From the sequence record OP557969.1: a stretch of DNA of 64,000 nucleotides; one strand, written 5' to 3'. Below the pieces are notes generated by a model that was not told the DNA's origin, ran no database searches, and saw only the letters and a program-made list of their open reading frames with translations. This document shows positions 1 through 10,629 of the stretch, one piece after another. A program made the position numbers and the translations under genes. Positions within the stretch are counted from its first letter, which is position 1. Every line of letters begins with the position of its first letter.

Positions 1-16
1 CCTTTTCAAAAAACTG

Positions 17-265
17 ATGTATGTTAATGATAATAATTATAGTGTTAAATTATCATTCGATATTGTGTTGGATAAATTAACATTTACGGAATACACTACC
101 AATAAAACTTCATTTTTACACAAGTATAATAGAAAGGTATATAATCATATTTCTAGTTATTTAAATGAAGAATATTACTTTCAACAATCTACAATAGAAA
201 AAGTATTATTCAGTACTGAAGAATTAAAAGAATTATATTATTGGTATGAGAAATTTACATCTTGA
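17..265 (+). CDS. hypothetical protein, EExxFQxS[TL][IV]-motif family (may be 5'-truncated)
   Basis: Contains EEYYFQQSTIE. Confidence 0.7.
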   Translation: MYVNDNNYSVKLSFDIVLDKLTFTEYTTNKTSFLHKYNRKVYNHISSYLNEEYYFQQSTIEKVLFSTEELKELYYWYEKFTS

Positions 266-320
266 CATTATGGTGGTTTCATCTTACAATACAAGATAAT
301 GATGCGTTGAGGACAAATTC

Positions 321-731
321 ATGAGTATAGATTTACACAATGAACTACAATATTTTTTTGATTTGGATATATCACGTTTGAACAGACATGTCAATCATAT
401 ATCCAGAACTATATGGTGGTCTGATGAGGCTGATGAACCAAGGATTCAGATTTGTGATAATTTGTCAGTTTTAAGATTGTATGTTCTTGATACCGAAATG
501 AATATTATGATAACATACGTACCACCCACAAACAAACTTCTAATCAACACACTAAACCCAGATACAGTACTGAAAATTTTTGATTTGGATACGATACAGT
601 CAAGCGAAACACTATTCCAACGTTCATTGGTTGATGATCTAGGGGGTATTTCTTTTGACGATATATTAAAATTGAAGAAGATGTATAATGAATTATTAGA
701 GATTAAAAATACCGTTCTAATGGGGATTTAA
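321..731 (+). CDS. hypothetical protein, EExxFQxS-motif family
   Basis: SETLFQRSLVDDLGGISFDDI; RBS-like GAGG upstream. Confidence 0.85.
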   Translation: MSIDLHNELQYFFDLDISRLNRHVNHISRTIWWSDEADEPRIQICDNLSVLRLYVLDTEMNIMITYVPPTNKLLINTLNPDTVLKIFDLDTIQSSETLFQRSLVDDLGGISFDDILKLKKMYNELLEIKNTVLMGI

Positions 732-732
732 T

Positions 733-1137
733 ATGGTAAGTTTATTAGATATTGATAATACTAGTCTGGTTCTGGTGAAAAAAGGATTAATTCCAAATTC
801 TAACAAGATTGATTATGCTGTTATTGAAACAAATATTGGGAATATCTGGTACGACTCTGAAAGAGACATTGTGTTTAGCTGTGTAGATAGTGATCGTTCT
901 GAGTGCTGTAGGGTTGGGCATGACGGACAATTTATTTTCGAATTTCGTTTCTGGAAAGATTCCAGATTTCACCAGGAGCATGTTTCAATTACAAATGTAA
1001 ATTGTAATGAAGAATCATTCTTCATGGAAAGTACTATTAATGATTTTGGCTCAGTTACTTTTGAGTACTATAAAAAAGTATATAACTTGTACAGAGAAGT
1101 AATTCGAATCATAAGAACCTCTGAGGGTCAAGATTAA
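733..1137 (+). CDS. hypothetical protein, EExxFQxS-motif family
   Basis: NEESFFMESTINDFGSVTFE. Confidence 0.85.
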   Translation: MVSLLDIDNTSLVLVKKGLIPNSNKIDYAVIETNIGNIWYDSERDIVFSCVDSDRSECCRVGHDGQFIFEFRFWKDSRFHQEHVSITNVNCNEESFFMESTINDFGSVTFEYYKKVYNLYREVIRIIRTSEGQD

Positions 1138-1138
1138 T

Positions 1139-1516
1139 ATGACTACTACCATATATAATATTTTAGGTAACTTGAATAAAAACATAGATAATGATTTTGT
1201 TATAGTTGAAAACACTAAAAATATAATTCATCTACCATTGGGTACACCAGATAGGTTAATTTTTAACATATACGCTAACACACTGACATACATACACGAT
1301 GGTATGGTTATCGTTGTGCTTGATATTAAAGAAAATACAATACGATATGCATATGACTTTAACGTTTATTGGTCAAGAACTCATAGTATTGATATTGAGG
1401 AAGATGAACTTTTTCAATTATCGTTAATTGAGAAAAATGTAATAGGAGTTACCGAGATTGGTATTGTTAAAAAAGCTTTGGAATATGCAAATAAAAAAAT
1501 AAATGGCGAACTATGA
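1139..1516 (+). CDS. hypothetical protein, EExxFQxS-motif family
   Basis: EEDELFQLSLIE. Confidence 0.85.
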   Translation: MTTTIYNILGNLNKNIDNDFVIVENTKNIIHLPLGTPDRLIFNIYANTLTYIHDGMVIVVLDIKENTIRYAYDFNVYWSRTHSIDIEEDELFQLSLIEKNVIGVTEIGIVKKALEYANKKINGEL

Positions 1517-1977
1517 TGAACATTGAGGAAATAAAAAATCATTTTGAAATTGCATTGTCTTGTGATTTTGATAGTTGTTATGTTACTGAACCAGAAGATA
1601 TAATTAGAATTTCCACATCGTTTTCAGAAGAATACAATATACTCATTGAGAAATCATATGACAGAACCGAACTCTCATTTTACAATAAGGATTTACGAAC
1701 AACATCATTTATATTATTATATAACACAACATCGGATATAATAGAGATTATAACAAGTAAAACAGGTAAAACAAGTAAAGATGTACATTATGAGACTATA
1801 CCAAATGTAAGTTATTGTTCAACAGAAGAAGGATACTTCCAGGAATCACTTATTAAAAATTTATCAGTTAGCTATTCTGATTTAAGCATTATAGTCAATT
1901 ATGTGGAAAAGTTAAATGATTTCGTTCTATCGATGTTTGATATCACTGAGCAAAAACCAAAGGAAATCAAATGTTAA
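1513..1977 (+). CDS. hypothetical protein, EExxFQxS-motif family
   Basis: TEEGYFQESLIK; ATGA overlap with previous gene. Confidence 0.85.
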   Translation: MMNIEEIKNHFEIALSCDFDSCYVTEPEDIIRISTSFSEEYNILIEKSYDRTELSFYNKDLRTTSFILLYNTTSDIIEIITSKTGKTSKDVHYETIPNVSYCSTEEGYFQESLIKNLSVSYSDLSIIVNYVEKLNDFVLSMFDITEQKPKEIKC

Positions 1978-2426
1978 ATCCTGGACATTTTTTTCATTTA
2001 CTGGACATTACACCTATACCCGATTTGATCAGCGAGACTAATCATTATCGTGATATTGGAATTGTATCAATGGAATATGATTCACCTGACTTTAAATGTT
2101 ACGTAACATACGATCAGGTGGCTTATGAGTCAGAGCCTGAGATTAAAAAACCATCATATATTTTTGTGTTCATATATAATGATTATAGTGGTGATGTACT
2201 GAATGATGTTCATATTGACACATTTGAAATATGTGGTAATATTATATCAGATGATTCAGCATCCACATTTGATTTGGAATTAAACAGTACTGAAGAGTCA
2301 CTTTTTCAGTTGAGTACTATATGTGATACTATATTAACTCTAGATGACATTGAGAAATTTAAAGAACAGCTTGACGCAGTTCGTGAGATGTTCTATAATC
2401 ATTATCCAGAAGTAGAGTTCAATTAA
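1971..2426 (+). CDS. hypothetical protein, EExxFQxS-motif family
   Basis: TEESLFQLSTICD. Confidence 0.85.
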   Translation: MLNPGHFFHLLDITPIPDLISETNHYRDIGIVSMEYDSPDFKCYVTYDQVAYESEPEIKKPSYIFVFIYNDYSGDVLNDVHIDTFEICGNIISDDSASTFDLELNSTEESLFQLSTICDTILTLDDIEKFKEQLDAVREMFYNHYPEVEFN

Positions 2427-2440
2427 CTAAAGGTAATAAA

Positions 2441-2701
2441 ATGACAAAAGTAGTTCGTAAACGCCACATGATGAATATGGATGAATTTCGTACATTTGAC
2501 AAATATCGTACTATGTTTCGTATGCTGTCACAGGGTCGCCCAATCGTCATTGTAACAGAGAATTACATGTCACCTGAGATTATGTTTGGTAATTACGAAA
2601 AGGTCTTCATGTTGTACGTGAAGCGTGGATTGCTTACAATCAAGACATTAGCTGAAGCAACTGATGATGATATGGATGGAGATAATACCTTTACCATGTG
2701 A
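2441..2701 (+). CDS. hypothetical protein
   Basis: Intact ORF with AAGGT upstream. Confidence 0.75.
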   Translation: MTKVVRKRHMMNMDEFRTFDKYRTMFRMLSQGRPIVIVTENYMSPEIMFGNYEKVFMLYVKRGLLTIKTLAEATDDDMDGDNTFTM

Positions 2702-2779
2702 GGAAATATATGTCTGAAAAACCAAAAGAACCTTTAGATCGTGATGATGATTTTTATGACGAACGATATGGAGATGATA

Positions 2780-3031
2780 ATGAGTAAAAATAGTGCGGTG
2801 CTTAAAAAGATTTTAAAGGAAATTGATGGTGAATTTAATGTCACAGAAGAAGAATATCAGCATTGGAAGAAAGATTTCGAACAACTAACCGAGTATGATA
2901 AAGTGTTCAATATGATTGGCGTAATTAGCCAGTACTTACTTGGTGGAGGACGTGCAAGTGCTTCAATTCTGGCATCTGCAATCATCTGCACATCACGATG
3001 GTGTGATGAAAAAAGTTTGGAAGATTTCTAA
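2780..3031 (+). CDS. hypothetical protein
   Basis: Start moved to the ATG at 2780 after GGAG. Confidence 0.65.
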   Translation: MSKNSAVLKKILKEIDGEFNVTEEEYQHWKKDFEQLTEYDKVFNMIGVISQYLLGGGRASASILASAIICTSRWCDEKSLEDF

Positions 3032-3083
3032 ATAAGATGCTATAATATATCAGAGTACCTTAACAATATAAAAAGGATTTTAT

Positions 3084-4964
3084 ATGAAACCTATCCGAGT
3101 ACTATCTCTTTTTAATGGAATGAGTGTAGGATACATGGCATTAAAAGATGCTGGTATCCCTGTTGAAAAATATTATTCATCCGAAATTGACAAATTTGCT
3201 ATAGCTGAATCCCAAGCTAACTTCCCCGATATAATCCAATTGGGTGATGTAACTAAGTGGAGAGAATGGGATATTGAATGGGACAAGATAGATCTACTGA
3301 TGGGTGGTTTTCCATGCTTCCCAGCAGGAACTATGATAATGACAAATAAAGGTCATAAAGATATAAAAGATATAAAAATTGGTGATATGGTTCTTACACA
3401 CACTGGACAGTACCAAAAAGTATTGAGTACTGGTGTTAAAAAGGCTCCCACTCGTATTATTACGGGTCAAGGTCACCTTCCAATTGAATGTACCGATAAT
3501 CATCCATTTTGGAGTAGGGAACGTCTAGCCAATAAATGGAATAATCAACGCCGAAGATATGATTCTGTGTTTTCTGAACCGCAATGGGTAAATGCTATAG
3601 ATCTTACTAAACAAAGTTATATTTGTAATGTTAAAAATATTACACATAATACTGTAAGTGATAAAGATGAAAAATATTGGTATTTTGTTGGTCGTTTTAT
3701 GGGTGATGGATGTGCTAGTGTATCTAATAACAAATACAGTATTACTATTGTAGATTCATTAGATAAAGTTGATGAATTGAAAAAATGCTTTGATGATTTT
3801 GGATACAAATACACATTAGCTATTAAAGATAATCATGTAAGATGTGATATATATAGCAAAAAGCTTTATGATGAATTAATATGTATTGGGCATAAATCAC
3901 AAAACAAATGTTTACCACCTGAAATATTCAATGAAACTATCAATAACAAAGAAGCATTTATTAAAGGATACATGGATGCAGATGGTTGTGAGGATAAACA
4001 CAATAAAAAATACAAATTTACCACCACAAGTTATAAAATAGTTCTTGGTATGCAACAGTTAATCTTAGATACTTATCAAAGTCATTGTACTATTAGCCAA
4101 ACTGTTCCAAAAACAAAAAAATATATAAAAAATAAGTTGGTTAATCAGCTTCCGTATTGGAATGTTCATTTTAGCTATAATAAAATTAAAAGAGATGATG
4201 TAATATATGATGAAATTTATATATGGAATCGTGGTGTAAAAAGTAATGTACCAACCGGAGAATGGAAAACCGTTTACAATATTGAAGTTGCAGTAGATAA
4301 CACATATACAGCGAACAATATTGTAGTTCATAACTGCCAAGCGTGGTCAGTTGCAGGTAAACAGGGTGGAATAAATGATCCTCGTGGTATGTTATTCCAT
4401 ACAATGGTTGATATTTACCAGCACATAAAAAGTCTCAATCCAGACTTGAAAGTACTGTTCGAGAATGTTAAAATGAAAGAAGATTTCAAGCAATACATTA
4501 ATAGTGTTCTTGAGATGACACCAGTACTGATAAATTCCCAGCATTATACGCCTCACTTCAGGCAGCGATATTACTGGTACAGTACTGATAAACTTTTTAT
4601 ACCACCTGCATTATCCAATGCACCTAAACTTCAAGATATTATTGAAGATGGTTGGTACACTGACAGAACCGCTTCGTACTGTATAGATGCTAACTATTTT
4701 AAGGGTGGTGATTGTAACCAGTACTTTAATAAATCAAGAAGACAAATTGTTTTCAAAGAACCTGATATCGATAGGGATTTCCTTCTTGAACATGGTAAGC
4801 GAAATGTGGACTATCGTCATTTAACAGTACAAGAGTGTTGCATGTTGCAAGGAATTGATGTAAACTACTTCAAAGTTAGTAGTTCAACACAAGCATACAA
4901 AATGCTTGGGAATGGATGGACTATGCCAGTTATATCACACTTACTACGAGATATATTCTTTTGA
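3084..4964 (+). CDS. DNA (cytosine-5)-methyltransferase, intein-containing
   Basis: Motif I LSLFNG, SEIDK, GDV, motif IV GGFP|CQ split by an intein, ENV, RQRYYW, LTVQECCMLQG, YKMLGNGW. Confidence 0.93.
   Translation: MKPIRVLSLFNGMSVGYMALKDAGIPVEKYYSSEIDKFAIAESQANFPDIIQLGDVTKWREWDIEWDKIDLLMGGFPCFPAGTMIMTNKGHKDIKDIKIGDMVLTHTGQYQKVLSTGVKKAPTRIITGQGHLPIECTDNHPFWSRERLANKWNNQRRRYDSVFSEPQWVNAIDLTKQSYICNVKNITHNTVSDKDEKYWYFVGRFMGDGCASVSNNKYSITIVDSLDKVDELKKCFDDFGYKYTLAIKDNHVRCDIYSKKLYDELICIGHKSQNKCLPPEIFNETINNKEAFIKGYMDADGCEDKHNKKYKFTTTSYKIVLGMQQLILDTYQSHCTISQTVPKTKKYIKNKLVNQLPYWNVHFSYNKIKRDDVIYDEIYIWNRGVKSNVPTGEWKTVYNIEVAVDNTYTANNIVVHNCQAWSVAGKQGGINDPRGMLFHTMVDIYQHIKSLNPDLKVLFENVKMKEDFKQYINSVLEMTPVLINSQHYTPHFRQRYYWYSTDKLFIPPALSNAPKLQDIIEDGWYTDRTASYCIDANYFKGGDCNQYFNKSRRQIVFKEPDIDRDFLLEHGKRNVDYRHLTVQECCMLQGIDVNYFKVSSSTQAYKMLGNGWTMPVISHLLRDIFF
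3315..4334 (+). mobile_element. intein (340 aa) with LAGLIDADG homing endonuclease domain
   Basis: Starts CFPAGT, block B IECTDNHPFW, LAGLIDADG-like YFVGRFMGDG and FIKGYMDADG, ends VYNIEV...IVVHN followed by Cys+1. Confidence 0.93.
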
Positions 4965-4966
4965 AC

Positions 4967-5446
4967 ATGAACAACTACCCCACTTATACAGAACGTGCAA
5001 TGGAATTTAAACGTCAGTTAGCCAAGGATGAATTAGAATTTAATTTGTATTATCCTAATATTGGTGATGAGGTATTGTATAGTTCTCATGCTAAGAATGG
5101 AACTTTACTTCATTCCGGTAAAGGTATTGTTGTGGATATGATTAGTACGTTTAAAGGAAAACTTAATGTAATGTACAAAGTACAAGATTCAAGTACTAAG
5201 TGTATTCATGAAGTGATGCATAATATACCTACATACCCAAAAGATTTTGTTGAGCTAATATCTCGAAGGGAGAAACCTATGTTCTATTGTGGTTACGACA
5301 AATTAACCAAACAAATTATTCCTAATACTATGGGAAAATTTAAAAGTGATGTAAAATCTGAACTTAATAAGAAATTAGGTTCTTCATGGGAAACTGAAAA
5401 CGAGTTTATCGAAATTCGTTTAATTGAAGTTACTATTCTTGATTAA
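4967..5446 (+). CDS. hypothetical protein
   Basis: ORF directly after the MTase; followed by hairpin aaatccacgc-att-gcgtggattttt. Confidence 0.7.
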   Translation: MNNYPTYTERAMEFKRQLAKDELEFNLYYPNIGDEVLYSSHAKNGTLLHSGKGIVVDMISTFKGKLNVMYKVQDSSTKCIHEVMHNIPTYPKDFVELISRREKPMFYCGYDKLTKQIIPNTMGKFKSDVKSELNKKLGSSWETENEFIEIRLIEVTILD

Positions 5447-5489
5447 TTATAAATCCACGCATTGCGTGGATTTTTTCATAGGTGCATAT

Positions 5490-6005
5490 ATGACAGTTCC
5501 GTATGTTAAAATTATTAACAATATCCTTGATTTATGGGAAGATGTTATTACCGGTAAAAAGAATCCAATACCAGTACACGTACTAACTGGAAGACTACAA
5601 TTCAGAATGTCTAACAAAACTGAAACGTTTAATAATCATGATATTTGTATTACATTAAAAACACCTGTTAGTATTGTAATTAAAAAAAATAAAGATGATG
5701 AATTGTCATTATCTATTGGTCGTGATAAAATTATTTTAAGTAATTTGTCTGAAGAAGAATTCTTTCAAAGAAGTACTATCATCGACATGAAAGATTTCAC
5801 ATATGAATCATTAGTAGAACTCAATACACGTTTTGATGATATTCAGGAACGATTGCGACCAATACTCCGTAGAGAAGAAGAAGCCTGGATTGAAAGTATG
5901 AAGAAGATGCAAGAAATGTTAAAAGAAAATATTAACAATCTTGGTAAAACAACAATGGAAATTGGTAAAACTTTAAAACTCAACTTTTCAAAGGATCGTA
6001 AATGA
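5490..6005 (+). CDS. hypothetical protein, EExxFQxS-motif family
   Basis: SEEEFFQRSTIIDM; start moved to after AGGTG. Confidence 0.85.
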   Translation: MTVPYVKIINNILDLWEDVITGKKNPIPVHVLTGRLQFRMSNKTETFNNHDICITLKTPVSIVIKKNKDDELSLSIGRDKIILSNLSEEEFFQRSTIIDMKDFTYESLVELNTRFDDIQERLRPILRREEEAWIESMKKMQEMLKENINNLGKTTMEIGKTLKLNFSKDRK

Positions 6006-6454
6006 AAATCGATGAACTGATTTATATTTTAGGTAACTTGCACAAAATATTGTTACATCGCAACGAGATGAATAAACTAGGGTATAATATAACTAATTTA
6101 AATGAAACATCATTTAAATATAACTCAATCACTGGTGGAAATTATAATATTGTGTATTGTCATGAAACTGACCCTGACTGCTATCAACTTACGTTATACT
6201 TTTATCCAACAAACCCTACCATTGTTCAAGACATATCATCAATATCACTTGACCCAGATGGTGAAATGAGTATAGAATATAGCTATGATTCTAAAAAAGA
6301 ATGTTACGTTGAAGATATGAAAAATATGTTTAACGATGCATATGTGTTCCAGCTAAGTACTGTACATGATGTTGGAAGTACTAATGGGCAATTTTGGAAT
6401 ACATGCTATTATCATATGATTGGAATTTGTAAATTACTAAAAGGCGATGATTAA
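6002..6454 (+). CDS. hypothetical protein, EExxFQxS-motif family
   Basis: NDAYVFQLSTVHD. Confidence 0.8.
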   Translation: MKIDELIYILGNLHKILLHRNEMNKLGYNITNLNETSFKYNSITGGNYNIVYCHETDPDCYQLTLYFYPTNPTIVQDISSISLDPDGEMSIEYSYDSKKECYVEDMKNMFNDAYVFQLSTVHDVGSTNGQFWNTCYYHMIGICKLLKGDD

Positions 6455-6837
6455 TGAAATACAGCATTGAAGTACATTACACTACTGGTGATACTGAAAA
6501 TCAATATAACATAGTTAAGACCATTGATGTTCAATGGGATACTAAAGAGGAAGCAGTTGCTGCTTTACAGTGTCTAAAAGAGCATTGGGTGTTTTATATG
6601 AAGCAAGATAATTGCCATACAAAAGAACGCGAAACTATCGTTAAAAATGCTAAACAAAAAGAGTGGTTTGACCCAATTTCACCAGAATATTCATTTTTGG
6701 TTAAAGTTGGTGGCGTGACAGTACCCTTACGAACACCGTGGAACGGCTACTTTGAAACTCTTCATAATGCACGAGTTGTCGCTGTTGACAATCCTGAACA
6801 AATCGATTTTGATTCATTGGACTGGAAAAAATTATGA
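6454..6837 (+). CDS. hypothetical protein
   Basis: Coupled start/stop overlaps on both sides. Confidence 0.8.
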   Translation: MKYSIEVHYTTGDTENQYNIVKTIDVQWDTKEEAVAALQCLKEHWVFYMKQDNCHTKERETIVKNAKQKEWFDPISPEYSFLVKVGGVTVPLRTPWNGYFETLHNARVVAVDNPEQIDFDSLDWKKL

Positions 6838-7277
6838 CAGTACTGCACCAATTGAAGAAGGTTAAGCATCCAGTTGTATATGAGGACTGGAAACGTCAGA
6901 AGCTGATGGGTGACTTTTATTACCCAAAATCTAAAGTTCTTGCGAATTCAAGATGTACATATATCAAACATAACGATAAAGATACAGTATTTGTTGAAAT
7001 GGGGTTCAATCCATCAAATACAATGTTCAGTACTAACCAAACATTTTACAAATTTCATATCCAAAAAGATGTATTTTCTATTAAAATTATAAAACATTTA
7101 GTTGAAGATCTGGTATACAGTGAAGAAAGAGTTCCTTTATCATTAGTGGATATTCCTTATAATAATTTAGAGGAAATGTACTTCCAACAGTTGACAGTAC
7201 AAGAAAACTTTGGTATGATAGGACTTCAAGAGTTAGAGATGATTAAGCAAATTCGTGATATCTACTTTAAGGGGTAA
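6834..7277 (+). CDS. hypothetical protein, EExxFQxS-motif family
   Basis: LEEMYFQQLTVQE. Confidence 0.8.
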   Translation: MTVLHQLKKVKHPVVYEDWKRQKLMGDFYYPKSKVLANSRCTYIKHNDKDTVFVEMGFNPSNTMFSTNQTFYKFHIQKDVFSIKIIKHLVEDLVYSEERVPLSLVDIPYNNLEEMYFQQLTVQENFGMIGLQELEMIKQIRDIYFKG

Positions 7278-7746
7278 CTATGCCAGTACGTAACAGTACT
7301 TCACGCTTTACGCTTCAACAGAAAGCAGATCTTTTGAATATGGCAAACAAAGATTCTAATTATTACTATCTAGTACTCGGTGGTTCAGTTGAAAAGATTG
7401 ACCTACGTGCGTGTATGAAATAACAAAGGGGATAAAATGAGCTTACGTGAATCATGGGAACAATTTAAAGAAGAGATTGGTTATCGTGGTGTTAAGATTG
7501 AACAAATCAATCGTACTGAAAGCATCAAAGCTAGTACTAATGGAACTACCTATGATCGTTATGATGAAAAGTATGGTTTACATTCTAAACCAAAGGATAC
7601 TGAATAATGGTGTATACTAACATTTTTACTGGTATTATGCGTAAGTTTGTTAATGGTATTGGATATGTATCCAATGACAACGGTAGTACATGGGTAAAAA
7701 ATAATACGTCCGAATCTTTAGTGAAAAGTCTTCCGTATTATAAAGC

Positions 7747-7775
7747 TTGACACATGAAAATGGAGTATGTATAAT
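7747..7775 (+). promoter_or_regulatory. consensus sigma70 promoter with an inverted repeat over the -10
   Basis: TTGACA-17-TATAAT; ggagta-tgtataa-tactcc overlaps the -10. Confidence 0.8.
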
Positions 7776-7807
7776 ACTCCAATATTAATCAAATGAGGAT
7801 ATGCGAA

Positions 7808-8380
7808 ATGGCTGGTGTTGATAAAATTTGTGAATTCAGTGGCGATTATGAAGGTTACGAAATGTACAAGTCCAAGCGTAATCACATTCAAGTACTGTCA
7901 AAATATCGAAAACATTTTCGTGGACATAAAGCAACATTGTATATTTTTGAGAATGGATATTCTGAAGTTTTCACAAGTGGTGGGTACAGTACAGCTAATA
8001 TGGCACATATCAACCCAAACCCAACTGAAGATGATTGGAATAGTGGTAATGCTTTTCGTATTTCAATTTTGAATAAAATGAATCGATACGACCGTTATTG
8101 TACATTCTTTGAAAATATTTCAGAATACAAGCAAGCATTAAAGAAATATAATCAACGCTTACTAATGAATTATGATTACATTCTTCATGTACCTACTGTT
8201 CCAGGTCAGGTTAATGGTCTGTACACGAACAGTACACATGATTTAACTGCGGTGAAGCGTCGTCTTAAACGTATGTTGGGTCATGGAAAACTAACTATCA
8301 AGATTATGCGTAATGAATCTATGTATAACTTTTTAAATGTTCTTCATTACACATTAAAGGATAAAAATGGAAGCGATTAA
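7808..8380 (+). CDS. hypothetical protein
   Basis: GAGGA RBS at about 7795; long ORF. Confidence 0.8.
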   Translation: MAGVDKICEFSGDYEGYEMYKSKRNHIQVLSKYRKHFRGHKATLYIFENGYSEVFTSGGYSTANMAHINPNPTEDDWNSGNAFRISILNKMNRYDRYCTFFENISEYKQALKKYNQRLLMNYDYILHVPTVPGQVNGLYTNSTHDLTAVKRRLKRMLGHGKLTIKIMRNESMYNFLNVLHYTLKDKNGSD

Positions 8381-8564
8381 GTTTATTTTTGAGGTACTTA
8401 TTGCATTCATCGTATGTACTGTATCTATTGCTATTTCTTTAATCCCAGTCATCATTTACCAAGTCTATGGTGGCACAGACCAAACAATTGATATGCTTCT
8501 TCGTTGTTTTGGTTTCTGTATATGGTTGATTATGTTTATGTACTATATGCATATTGAGGACTGA
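8367..8564 (+). CDS. small membrane protein
   Basis: Two hydrophobic segments. Confidence 0.7.
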   Translation: MEAIKFIFEVLIAFIVCTVSIAISLIPVIIYQVYGGTDQTIDMLLRCFGFCIWLIMFMYYMHIED

Positions 8565-8566
8565 TT

Positions 8567-9397
8567 ATGTCATTGGAAAAATTAATCATTTCCGAATTCC
8601 GAAAGTACATCATGGATTGTGATAGAGATATCCAGCGTAAATTCAATGAGTATCTTGACAAATATCCATATTTGATGTTTAATCCATTTGAAACTCAAAC
8701 CGATGTTAAACTTGGATTTTACATTGGGTTTACTCAACGAATTCTACAACAATATGAGATGAAACAGGCAGAGGTTTGGGTAGAAACTGATTCGAATGAG
8801 ACGAATGTTTTTTACCTGTACTCTTATTATGCGGAAATTGTTAGTTCAATGACACTAGAAGGGTATCTATTCGTCAAAACATCTGATATTGAAAAAATAT
8901 ACATAGAACCTGTATCTTTGGATATGGTTGCCCAGCTTCCGACTATCCAGCAAATGGATGCGAATGAATTGACATATTCAGTATTTGAGTACCTTAATAG
9001 AGATGATTTAACTCAAGAAATTGAGAATATGGTTGCATCATATACTTCAACTCTTATATCTAATGGTTCACTTAGAATAGAACTGATTTACGACGATACT
9101 AGTACTAATGCAGTACGAGGTACTCGAATTGGAAAAGTTACTATACGTGTTGTCCACAATGATGTAGTACTTGGTTATATTTCGAAACGTGGTCATGACT
9201 TGTGTATGATTAACGCATATGTTATTGACCGAAAAGAATGGAACGATTTAATGCAAAAAATCGTAGACGGAAGTGGAATTCGTGATATAATGAGTAATGA
9301 AACAGTGATAATTAATCCTGATATTGACTGTGATGTATATTTTCCAGTTCCTGGATTTACACTACGTAATTTTGGTAAATTAAAGGATACAAAATGA
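8567..9397 (+). CDS. hypothetical protein
   Basis: 276-aa ORF with GAGGA RBS. Confidence 0.8.
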   Translation: MSLEKLIISEFRKYIMDCDRDIQRKFNEYLDKYPYLMFNPFETQTDVKLGFYIGFTQRILQQYEMKQAEVWVETDSNETNVFYLYSYYAEIVSSMTLEGYLFVKTSDIEKIYIEPVSLDMVAQLPTIQQMDANELTYSVFEYLNRDDLTQEIENMVASYTSTLISNGSLRIELIYDDTSTNAVRGTRIGKVTIRVVHNDVVLGYISKRGHDLCMINAYVIDRKEWNDLMQKIVDGSGIRDIMSNETVIINPDIDCDVYFPVPGFTLRNFGKLKDTK

Positions 9398-9684
9398 AAA
9401 TTTTAGAAGTTTTACTTGAAAAAGATGCATCTGGTACTCTTTATGTTGGTAATGATTTCAGTCCTGATCCAATTGATATGATACAGCGTATTCAATCACT
9501 GACCCAATCAATTTCAGTTAAACAACCTTTCCTAAAAGAATTGGAAATTCATTGCGATAAAGACATGGAGCAGCATGATAATGTTATTTCTGATATCAAA
9601 AATCTGTTGACAAAGAATGGATATGTGGAGTATAATCCTCCTATCGTAATCGTTATCCCTGACTTCATGAGAGGAACATTGTAA
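9394..9684 (+). CDS. hypothetical protein
   Basis: ATGA coupling. Confidence 0.75.
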   Translation: MKILEVLLEKDASGTLYVGNDFSPDPIDMIQRIQSLTQSISVKQPFLKELEIHCDKDMEQHDNVISDIKNLLTKNGYVEYNPPIVIVIPDFMRGTL

Positions 9685-9953
9685 TGACGAAAGAAGAAAT
9701 GAAATCTCGCTTAAGCGAACTGAAGAAAGAACGCAAACTAGTCCGTTTGGACTGGGACATTCTTAACAAAAAAGATGAGCAATCATATGCTAACTGGAGT
9801 TCTGATAAAGTTCGCAATGAACGTAGTAAAGAAGACAACAAACAGTTTATGGCACTGTCCAAGCGTTTATCTTCATTGAACAGTGAGATTACTGGTCTTC
9901 AAAAGGAAATTATTTCAATTCTTCGAGCGGAAATTAACTCACTATATGAATAA
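9684..9953 (+). CDS. coiled-coil hypothetical protein
   Basis: Charged heptad-like sequence; GAGGA RBS. Confidence 0.75.
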   Translation: MTKEEMKSRLSELKKERKLVRLDWDILNKKDEQSYANWSSDKVRNERSKEDNKQFMALSKRLSSLNSEITGLQKEIISILRAEINSLYE

Positions 9954-10242
9954 ACATGAAGTATTAGTATTAGATAATAAATTCTATGTACCAAATGATG
10001 ATAGTACTGAAACATATTATCTAATTAATAAAATTATGACTGAAACTAATACTTGTTGTCGTCAAATCCCAGGAAAATATGAGTTCAGTCAGTCTATTGG
10101 CTATTATCGTTATAATCCATTGGAATCATTTACAATTGACGTGTTGAAAATCATTGACATTCTTGTACAGAATGGGTATAATGAAAAACATGTAAATAAC
10201 TCAGAGTTACCAGTTTCAAAAATCGTTATTTCTAATAATTAG
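9946..10242 (+). CDS. hypothetical protein
   Basis: Start moved to the ATG at 9946. Confidence 0.65.
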   Translation: MNKHEVLVLDNKFYVPNDDSTETYYLINKIMTETNTCCRQIPGKYEFSQSIGYYRYNPLESFTIDVLKIIDILVQNGYNEKHVNNSELPVSKIVISNN

Positions 10243-10356
10243 AATTGGATAATAACAGATGATGTGATATAATGTTTTTATCGGCAGATGTTAAAATGCA
10301 AACCATTCCTCAATGATGAGGGTTTTTTCATTAAAAAGAAATAAAAGGGTATTAAA

Positions 10357-10566
10357 ATGGCTAAAGAAATTCACGCACAAGTACTAGATATCACCGACTT
10401 CGACCGCACTGTGAACTACATTCAATTCCAGATTCATCAAGCTGAAGAAGCTCTTGCTGCATTCCATGGTACTGGTGCAAGGCCAATCCGTTTTGCTCAC
10501 CTAGTTGCATGGAAGAAAAGTCTACAAGAAGAACTGTCTGAAATGCGTAAAGCAAATCGTAAGTAA
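10357..10566 (+). CDS. hypothetical protein
   Basis: Own promoter upstream; GC-rich terminator hairpin at about 10575-10600. Confidence 0.8.
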   Translation: MAKEIHAQVLDITDFDRTVNYIQFQIHQAEEALAAFHGTGARPIRFAHLVAWKKSLQEELSEMRKANRK

Positions 10567-10629
10567 TCTGTTTTCGCCCCATCAATTTTGGTGGGGCATT
10601 TTAATCACATAAATCAAGAGGATTAACAC

